A stretch of 26,758 nucleotides of DNA from Gammaproteobacteria bacterium (lineage in GTDB: Bacteria > Pseudomonadota > Gammaproteobacteria > JBGSLN01): the NCBI GenBank assembly GCA_050249855.1, contig JBFWPS010000001.1, positions 1 to 26,758 on the forward strand. Reading direction: 5' to 3'. The notes beneath the pieces were generated by a model. The model saw nothing but the letters and a program-made list of their open reading frames with translations, ran no database searches and had not been told where the DNA came from. Both the position numbers and the translations under genes were made by a program. Below, piece after piece: positions 18,655 to 25,685 of the stretch. Each line of letters begins with the position of its first letter. Positions within the stretch are counted from its first letter, which is position 1.

Positions 18655-19648
18655 AAAAAAACGTTTTGGTGTATCTAATGTTTTAAGTAAGGGTTTTGAA
18701 GAAACCATAGCACTGGTTGAAAATAATCAAGGATTATTTCGAAGCGCATCGATACCACTGACTCGCATTGAGTTGGATCCTGATAATCCACGTGAGCTGG
18801 CATTAACCATGTTAGATGTTCAAACAAGTATTGTATCTGAAGATCCTTTGTTTATTCAGAAGCAAGAAGAGCATGCACGTTTATCCGAGCTAGCTAATAC
18901 AATTCGTTTAAATGGAGTCATCAATCCCATTATTGTATACAAACATCGAGAGAACTATCGTGTTGTAGCTGGCGAGCGGAGAACACTTGCTTCAATCATT
19001 GCTGGTAAAACGGAAATCGACGCCAGAATTTATCATGAGAAACCTTCGTTGTTGGATTTAAAATTGGTTCAATGGATAGAAAATACAGCTCGGGAAGATC
19101 TAAGCTTGGCAGAAAGAATCAATAATATGAATGATATTATTTCGGCTTACGTTGCTAAGTATCAAGTTGATGTTTTAAGTCCGGCGTTGCTTCGCGAAAT
19201 AACGGGTTTATCAGCTGCTCAAGTTTCTTGTTATCAAGCCATTATCAATGCACCAACTGATATTCTAGATGCAATTAAGGAAGGCCGTGTTAATAGCCTT
19301 GATAAGGCTGCCTATCTAGCTAAAATCGATGATCCCAGTTTAAGAGGAATGGCTTTAGTGCACTGTATTAATGGTGCAACACTAAAAGCTTTAAAAGAAT
19401 TGACCACGTCGCAACGACGAATGAATAGAAATAAGACTTCAAAGGGTCAACGTGGCAGGGTTCCATCACGTATTGACTTGGGATATGCCAATAAAGCAAA
19501 AGTCGTTCAATTGATTGTTGAAGCGATGTTAAATCAAGGAACAAATAACAAATATAGTCGTTTATTTAATAACATGGATTGGAGTAATATGCCACTCGTC
19601 AGTCAGACCTTTAAAAAGTTTATAACCATGTTAGAAGCCGAGATATAG
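18647..19648 (+). CDS. parB: ParB/RepB/Spo0J family partition protein
   Basis: DPDNPR, L..TI...GVINPI.V, VVAGERRTLA (CTPase arginine patch), ENTAREDLS..E, HTH region; overlaps the parA stop. Confidence 0.92.
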   Translation: MNKKKRFGVSNVLSKGFEETIALVENNQGLFRSASIPLTRIELDPDNPRELALTMLDVQTSIVSEDPLFIQKQEEHARLSELANTIRLNGVINPIIVYKHRENYRVVAGERRTLASIIAGKTEIDARIYHEKPSLLDLKLVQWIENTAREDLSLAERINNMNDIISAYVAKYQVDVLSPALLREITGLSAAQVSCYQAIINAPTDILDAIKEGRVNSLDKAAYLAKIDDPSLRGMALVHCINGATLKALKELTTSQRRMNRNKTSKGQRGRVPSRIDLGYANKAKVVQLIVEAMLNQGTNNKYSRLFNNMDWSNMPLVSQTFKKFITMLEAEI

Positions 19649-19649
19649 A

Positions 19650-20000
19650 ATGATGCTACAAGATACGATAATGACCTCCGTTAAAATTCCCAAAACGATT
19701 CATACACAATTATTACATGCGGTTGTTGCTCAAGGTTACGGTATGCGTGGAAAAAGTAAATGGGTTACGCAGGCTGTTGATGAATTACTTGCTTTACCAT
19801 CATCTACGTTAGCTGACTTAGTTGATATTGCAGCAGAGATGACAGATCTAACAGAAGTACTAACCATCCGTTTACCTGCTTCTATTGTAGAGCGTCTTGA
19901 AAAAAGCGTGATCTTGGTTAGAACGGTTTATCCAGCAATGGAAGGTGTTAAGAGTAATATCATTCGTTCAGCGATTCTCCAACGCTTATTACGCAATTAA
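19650..20000 (+). CDS. Small DNA-binding protein with two tandem ribbon-helix-helix-like units
   Basis: Unit 1 TSVKIPKTIHTQL...KSKWVTQAVDELL; unit 2 LTIRLPASIVERL...KSNIIRSAILQRL; 1 bp after the parB stop. Confidence 0.7.
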   Translation: MMLQDTIMTSVKIPKTIHTQLLHAVVAQGYGMRGKSKWVTQAVDELLALPSSTLADLVDIAAEMTDLTEVLTIRLPASIVERLEKSVILVRTVYPAMEGVKSNIIRSAILQRLLRN

Positions 20001-20013
20001 TTCGGTCACCGAA
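20001..20013. promoter_or_regulatory. Perfect 13-bp palindrome TTCGGT-C-ACCGAA, candidate parS/operator
   Basis: Begins at the base immediately after the par operon stop codon; no U-tract on the + strand. Confidence 0.45.
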
Positions 20014-20080
20014 AAATCACATAACTCATTGAAAAATAAAGAATTTAATGTGTTTTAATTCGTTGCTAGAATTTATAATA

Positions 20081-20161
20081 TGTGACGTTTGTGGGATAGT
20101 TGATTTTTATAATTGATATATTATAACCTAATTTATGATAAGTTAGTGTGACGTCTATGGG
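20081..20161 (-). repeat. Two inverted iteron copies (accessory inc-type locus)
   Basis: TGTGACGTTTGTGGG 20081-20095 is the exact reverse complement of iteron 1; TGTGACGTCTATGGG 20147-20161 is the exact reverse complement of iteron 5; 66 bp apart. Confidence 0.85.
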
Positions 20162-20180
20162 GTTTAAATTATTGACTAAA

Positions 20181-20196
20181 TGTTCCATGTAGAACG
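20181..20196. promoter_or_regulatory. Degenerate chromosomal-type parS-like 16-mer
   Basis: TGTTCCATGTAGAACG matches TGTTCCACGTGGAACA at 13 of 16 positions. Confidence 0.3.
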
Positions 20197-20474
20197 TTAG
20201 GCATTGTTTTATTTTAACGCAGCATATTGATCAAGATAGGTGGAAAAAGGAATATAATGTTGAGGAATAGCGCATTTTAATTCCCAATGTGAGTAATGGA
20301 TTAAAAATTTGGCTTTATGAGCAGGTTATCTCATTGAACAGAGCTTAAATATGATTTGGACTCAATTTTTGTGAAAATCGCGGAGATATAGATAGATTAT
20401 TGGTATGCTTAGTATTCAGGTAAACTAATAGGTTTGATAAGTGCAAACCTGTACGTTGTTCCATTTCATGTACT

Positions 20475-21185
20475 TTGGCAAAAATGATGCAAAAATTTAG
20501 ATTTATAATTTTAATATTGTTTCTAGGGGTGTGTTTTCATACACATGCTGAAGAAAATAATACGATTGTTTGGACAGATGTCATCTTGTTTGGTTCATTA
20601 CATCCTGATAATAAATGGAAATATTTTATCCAACCACAATTGAGATGGATCGACAGAGATCATAAGCTAGAGCAGGCTATATTTCGCTCAGGTATAGGAT
20701 ATGCATGTAAAGATAGTCTGCTATTTTGGATAGGCGAGCAATTGCACGCGAGCAATCAAGTCAATGGTAACCCACCATTAGGTTATATCTGGGAACGGGC
20801 AGATTATCGAGTGCTAAATTATGATAATTTTAAGCTATGGGGACGTACTCAATTTGATGAGCGTAGAATGGAAGGTCGCTCAACATGGTCAATCCGTTTA
20901 AGAGAAAGAGTTTCGTTCTTATTTCCCAATACAATCCATCATAAAATAAGTCCTCTTATCTATAATGAAGTTTTCTTTTATTTAAATAAAATGAACTGGT
21001 CAAAAAATGACGAAAATCTACAAAATCGATTTTTCGCTGGGGTTAATATTCCCTGGAAACGTTCAGCATTTTGGGAGGTTGGTTATTTTAATCAGTCATT
21101 TTTTAGAGCAAGTGAAAACCGTATCAATTCAAGTGGGAACCGTGTTAATAATGGTATATATTTGTCTCTTATTATCGATTTATAA
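20475..21185 (+). CDS. DUF2490-like outer-membrane beta-barrel protein; start probably the ATG at 20484 or 20487
   Basis: Signal peptide (..HTHA-EE); alternating beta pattern, R.GIGY, R.R.R, YNEVFF.LN, QNRFFAGV, EVGYFNQ, terminal LSLIIDL. Confidence 0.72.
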   Translation: MAKMMQKFRFIILILFLGVCFHTHAEENNTIVWTDVILFGSLHPDNKWKYFIQPQLRWIDRDHKLEQAIFRSGIGYACKDSLLFWIGEQLHASNQVNGNPPLGYIWERADYRVLNYDNFKLWGRTQFDERRMEGRSTWSIRLRERVSFLFPNTIHHKISPLIYNEVFFYLNKMNWSKNDENLQNRFFAGVNIPWKRSAFWEVGYFNQSFFRASENRINSSGNRVNNGIYLSLIIDL

Positions 21186-21205
21186 AAGTATATGTGAGTA
21201 AATAA

Positions 21206-22078
21206 ATGGGTGGTTATAAAGAAAACCTGAATTCTATTGATAAAAAGATAATTGTATTAGCACTTGAAGAAGATCTGGGGCCTGCTATGCAGGATGTCAC
21301 TTCAGAATTATTATTAGGTGAAGATACGCGTAGATATAAGGCACGTATTATTTCAAAAGAAAAAAATACGATCGTTCTTTGTGGGTTAGCTATTTTAGAA
21401 ACGCTATTAGCTTCTAGTAGTGAGGAGATCTCATTTCAAACGAATTTTGTGGATGGGCAAATAATAGAACCTGGAGAAACAATCTTAATTCTCGAAGGTC
21501 CTGCAAAAGATTTACTTATTATCGAAAGAACGTTACTTAATTTTTTACAGCATCTTTCTTCAATCGCAACCCACACGGCACGTTTCGTAAAAGCAGTGGA
21601 AGGGACCGTATTAAAAATATTAGATACACGTAAAACAACACCGGGATTGAGACATCTTGAGAAATATGCTGTGCATTGTGGTGGTGGCGTGAACCATCGA
21701 GTTGGTTTGTATGATGCAATCATGATTAAAGATACGCATGTAGATTTAATAGGCGGTATGCAAAAAACGTTAAGTTATTTTGCAAAATTACCTAAACAAA
21801 ACGTGCCTGTGATTGTGGAAGTAAGAAATAAAGAGGAATTAGCAATTGTGTTGGAGTATCATCGTTTTATTTCACGTATACTTTTAGACAATATGGATAT
21901 TGAGTTACTAACAGCTTGTGTGAAACAATGTAAAGGTATTATTAGCACGGAAGCTTCGGGCGGAATTACTTTAGCAAACATACGTGCAATTGCAGAAACT
22001 GGTGTTGATTTTGCTTCAATTGGTCAATTAACACATTCTGCTGTGCATGTCGATTTATCTATGAAATGTGATATATGA
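21206..22078 (+). CDS. nadC: Nicotinate-nucleotide diphosphorylase (carboxylating), QPRTase
   Basis: AL.ED, ERT.LN, DTRKTTPGLR, HRVGLYDAIMIKDTH, VEV, ILLDNM, EASGGI, S.G.LTHS. Confidence 0.96.
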   Translation: MGGYKENLNSIDKKIIVLALEEDLGPAMQDVTSELLLGEDTRRYKARIISKEKNTIVLCGLAILETLLASSSEEISFQTNFVDGQIIEPGETILILEGPAKDLLIIERTLLNFLQHLSSIATHTARFVKAVEGTVLKILDTRKTTPGLRHLEKYAVHCGGGVNHRVGLYDAIMIKDTHVDLIGGMQKTLSYFAKLPKQNVPVIVEVRNKEELAIVLEYHRFISRILLDNMDIELLTACVKQCKGIISTEASGGITLANIRAIAETGVDFASIGQLTHSAVHVDLSMKCDI

Positions 22079-23712
22079 CAAATCAAGTTATTTCTCAACG
22101 TGGTGATCGATACGAATTTGACGTACTTGTCTTTGGTGGCGGTCTAGCGGGTTTAAGTTATATATTAGAATTACTTAAAATACATCCAACTTTACGTGTA
22201 GCATTATTAACTAAAACAGAATTATCGGAATCCAATAGTGCATATGCACAAGGTGGTATTGCAGCAGCGATACAGCCACCGGATAGTATTCCACAACATT
22301 TACAAGATACTTTAGTTGCAGGAGATGGGTTGTGTGATCACGATGTTGTGGAATCTATTACACTGCATGCCAGTGAAAGTATCGACTATTTGGTTAAGCT
22401 AGGGGTACAATTTACTCGTAATACAGAAGGTGAATTGGAGTGTGGTCACGAAGCAGGTCATTCACAACGGAGAATTTATCATTGTGGTGATGCAACAGGT
22501 GCCGAGATTATCAAAGCGCTTTTAAGACACCTTCAAACACAATCATCATTAACTATTTTTGAGGAACATATGGCTGTGCGTTTAATCAAGCGCACACGAT
22601 TTTATATTCCTGGGGAATTTCCAGAGATTATCGGCGCATATGTTTTAGATGAAAAAACCAGTAAAATCCATACTTTTTTAGCTAAAGTTGTTGTTTTAGC
22701 CACAGGTGGTGCTGGCAAAGTTTATCGTTATACATCCAATCCTGATATTGCAACGGGTGATGGTATCGCAATGGCATATCGTGCAGGTGCACGCGTGAGA
22801 AATATGGAATTTTATCAGTTTCATCCAACTTTGCTTTATCATCCTAAAAAACATAACTTTCTTATTTCTGAGGCTTTGAGAGGGGAGGGTGCTTATCTTC
22901 GACGGGTTGAAGATGAGACTCGATTTATGAAAGATTATGCGCCTGAAATGATGGAACTAGCTACACGAGATGTGGTTTCGAGAGCTATTTTTACAGAGAT
23001 TGAGCGAAGTCATGATGATTATGTGTATCTTGATATACGTCATAAAAATAAAGCTTTTTTGCAAAAGCGTTTTCCAGTAATTTATCAGACATTACAATCA
23101 TTAGGCTTAGATTTAGCGAAAGACCTAATACCCGTTGTTCCAGCAGCGCATTATTTATGTGGTGGTGTTTTGGCAGATGTTCACGGCCAAACGGATTTAC
23201 AACGTTTGTTTGTGATTGGTGAAACAGCTGCAACTGGTTTACATGGTGCTAATCGACTTGCTAGTAATTCTTTGTTGGAATGTATCATCATGGGAAGAAA
23301 TGCTGCACATGCTTGTAGCCCTTGGTTATCAACCCCTACTATTGATTCAGTAAATGATTGGGATTCAACGAGTGTTGTTGATTTACGTCGAGCAACCCAA
23401 ATTAGCGCTAACTGGAGAGGGTTACGTGGAGAAATGAGCTCATATGCGGGGATTATTAGGACTGAAAAAGGCTTGAGTGATTTGCTAAAATTAATAATAG
23501 AGAGGCAGAAAATGGTTGAAGAATATTACTGGAATTATGTTATTACCAGAGATGTTGTTGAACTTAGGAATATTATTACAGTTGCTGAATTAATTGTTCG
23601 TTCTGCCTTAAGACGCAGAGAGAGTCGCGGAGGTCATTTTAGGGAAGATTTTCCAAACAAATATGACCAAGCTTCTCCGTATGCTATATTTTCAAAGGAT
23701 ACACGATATTAG
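22075..23712 (+). CDS. nadB: L-aspartate oxidase
   Basis: GGGLAG, S.YAQGGIA, EAGHS.RR, TGDG.AMA, QFHPT, SEALRGEG, ELATRDVVSR, HY.CGG, GLHGANRLASNSLLE, R.ESRGGH. Confidence 0.96.
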   Translation: MTNQVISQRGDRYEFDVLVFGGGLAGLSYILELLKIHPTLRVALLTKTELSESNSAYAQGGIAAAIQPPDSIPQHLQDTLVAGDGLCDHDVVESITLHASESIDYLVKLGVQFTRNTEGELECGHEAGHSQRRIYHCGDATGAEIIKALLRHLQTQSSLTIFEEHMAVRLIKRTRFYIPGEFPEIIGAYVLDEKTSKIHTFLAKVVVLATGGAGKVYRYTSNPDIATGDGIAMAYRAGARVRNMEFYQFHPTLLYHPKKHNFLISEALRGEGAYLRRVEDETRFMKDYAPEMMELATRDVVSRAIFTEIERSHDDYVYLDIRHKNKAFLQKRFPVIYQTLQSLGLDLAKDLIPVVPAAHYLCGGVLADVHGQTDLQRLFVIGETAATGLHGANRLASNSLLECIIMGRNAAHACSPWLSTPTIDSVNDWDSTSVVDLRRATQISANWRGLRGEMSSYAGIIRTEKGLSDLLKLIIERQKMVEEYYWNYVITRDVVELRNIITVAELIVRSALRRRESRGGHFREDFPNKYDQASPYAIFSKDTRY

Positions 23713-23718
23713 GGGTTT

Positions 23719-25065
23719 ATGATGGATATAAAAGATTTTAAAACGACAGAGGAAAAAATACATAAAACGAATGTATTACAATATCCTTCCGAAATGGAAA
23801 TCTGTCAAAGTGATTATCCAACTGATTGGTATCAAGAGGAATTTTTACCTTATGCTGAAGAATATCAACAATTACCTGATAGAGATTTAGTAACGGTTCT
23901 AGCATGGATGAAGCCTTATTTTGAAAAAGCAATTGATCATTTTGGTGATGCACTTTTATTATTAGCTCATTATTATATGGGTGGTGATATTGTTAGAATG
24001 GTAAAAGAGTTGGGTGGAGAGATAGGTGATTCTTATCAACTTGCGCTTATGGCAGTCAATCATCCAGAAAAGAAAGTGATTATTGAGTCTGCAGTGCATT
24101 TCATGGCGGAATCTATCAGTATTTTAGCCAATAAGGATCAAACAGTTTGTATTACTAATCCAAAATCAGGTTGTACTATGGAAATGTTGGCAAAAGATTT
24201 TATGGTTGCCCCTGCATTTAAAGGACTGAATGAACGGTATGGTGATGAAAATATATTGCCGGTTTGCTATATGAATACTTCGGGACGTATTAAGGCAATG
24301 ACAGGTGCACAAGGTGGTGCCGTTTGTACTAGTTCTAATGTAAAGAAAATATTTGCTTGGGCTTTAGCACAGAATAAAAAGATTTTATTTATACCCGATA
24401 GACATATGGGCGAAAATGTTGCTCGTTGGCTCAATATTCCGGATAAAAAAATTGCGTATTGGCCTGCTGGTGAAGAAGGTGCACGATACGGATTAAAAAA
24501 TTTAGATCAAAAATCAATTGCGCATTTTGATCAATCTCAATTGATTTTGTTTGCTAGTCAATGTGGTGTGCATACCTATTATACCCCGGAAATGATAGCC
24601 TATTGGCATAAAGAAGGATATAACGTCGTTGTACATCCAGAATGCCGTAAAGAAGTGGTAGCTGCCGCAGATGCGTGTGGATCAACCGCGTTTATATATG
24701 ATTATGTTGGAAAAGATCGTGCTGGTACTGGGAAATATGCTGTTGGTACTGAAAATCACATGGTTAAAAATTTAAAAGAAGAATTTAGAAATTTACAGAT
24801 TGTAAATTTAGGAGACGTACCAAACATTACTGCAAAAATGGGATGCGGTTGTGCAACCATGTCACGTAATGATCCGCCACATTTGGTTGCGTTACTAGAT
24901 TTATTAAGATTAGGTAAAATTCCTGAATTTAATATTGTACGTCCTGGCGATGTAGTAAATGAATTTACTGGGACACGACAACGATTAGATGAAGCGGGTC
25001 AAGCGTGGATAATCAATAATGCAAAGCGTGCATTAGAAAAAATGATTAGCATTACTGAAAGTTAA
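23719..25065 (+). CDS. nadA: Quinolinate synthase, long (448 aa) form
   Basis: LAHYY, GDSYQL, VHFMAE, GCTM, YMNTS, CTSSN, PDRHMG, QCGVH, HPEC, GST, GTE, GCGCATM; three Fe-S Cys present. Confidence 0.94.
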   Translation: MMDIKDFKTTEEKIHKTNVLQYPSEMEICQSDYPTDWYQEEFLPYAEEYQQLPDRDLVTVLAWMKPYFEKAIDHFGDALLLLAHYYMGGDIVRMVKELGGEIGDSYQLALMAVNHPEKKVIIESAVHFMAESISILANKDQTVCITNPKSGCTMEMLAKDFMVAPAFKGLNERYGDENILPVCYMNTSGRIKAMTGAQGGAVCTSSNVKKIFAWALAQNKKILFIPDRHMGENVARWLNIPDKKIAYWPAGEEGARYGLKNLDQKSIAHFDQSQLILFASQCGVHTYYTPEMIAYWHKEGYNVVVHPECRKEVVAAADACGSTAFIYDYVGKDRAGTGKYAVGTENHMVKNLKEEFRNLQIVNLGDVPNITAKMGCGCATMSRNDPPHLVALLDLLRLGKIPEFNIVRPGDVVNEFTGTRQRLDEAGQAWIINNAKRALEKMISITES

Positions 25066-25121
25066 TTGTTTTTTTATTCTCTTCGAAATATCAAAGTTGA
25101 TTTTTCTGGTGCTAGCAAAAA

Positions 25122-25424
25122 TTATAAAGAGCGAAGAGGAACGGGCGTGTCATTTAATGCTGTCTCGTCGGTTATAACATTGGCTTTCCTCGAGTATTTT
25201 TCTACAGGGAGTATATTTTCTCGTAGTATGACATCTTCTAGTCTCTCAGATAAATGCCAACGTTGTTGCCAAGCTTCTGGAGAAAGTTTCAAATTGAGCA
25301 TCTTTCTACCTGCCTTCTCTAAAGTATCTATGAAATCAGGGTCCCACCACGAGTGAAAGCGAAACTGTCGTTGATAATCGTCACCGACTTTACTTCTCAT
25401 GCCTTTTGTACGTAAAAATGTCAA
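25122..25424 (-). CDS. Hypothetical protein (about 92-100 aa; start TTG 25424 or ATG 25400)
   Basis: Protein-like composition (FHSWWDPDFIDTLEKAG, PEAWQQRWHL); AAAAGG before ATG 25400; fills a gap between nadA and the RNase III gene. Confidence 0.5.
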   Translation of the reverse strand: MTFLRTKGMRSKVGDDYQRQFRFHSWWDPDFIDTLEKAGRKMLNLKLSPEAWQQRWHLSERLEDVILRENILPVEKYSRKANVITDETALNDTPVPLRSL

Positions 25425-25685
25425 AATGTAAACCCCCCATTTATAGAATTTAGCATTCTCCCCCCAGTTACGTAAATCAGTTATAGGTTTTTCACGCTGC
25501 TGCTATGGTGTCAATGTCAAAAGACCGTAATATGGTTATCTCAAAAGTTGACTATCTCATGAAGAGTGATTTTTAAAAGATATATAAGTTAGAATAAGTT
25601 CTGATGTTTCGTAAAATAGTTAAGCAACTTATTTGGTTGCTTTATGTTCTAGTTATATTTAATAATATGGACGTCAGCTTCATGA

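Noticed and set aside
16161-20161. Recently integrated plasmid, ICE or prophage
   Set aside because: No integrase, transposase, tRNA, att repeats, or tra/phage genes in the window, and the skew changes sign here. Cannot be excluded beyond the window.
17541-20474. DnaA boxes (TTATCCACA) or IHF site at the origin
   Set aside because: No convincing match found by eye; AATCAAAACGTAT misses the IHF TTR element.
984-25356. Short ORF-track entries overlapping real genes (984-1232, 3048-3317, 3614-3832, 3936-4154, 6775-7005, 7468-7728, 7647-8006, 7697-7933, 8125-8343, 8286-8474, 9362-9619, 10086-10283, 11524-11715, 11975-12196, 15528-15848, 16321-16509, 21007-21201, 21436-21723, 21537-21719, 22991-23233, 23738-23953, 25066-25356)
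   Set aside because: Antisense or alternative-frame shadows of longer, better-supported ORFs, with no motifs or SD.
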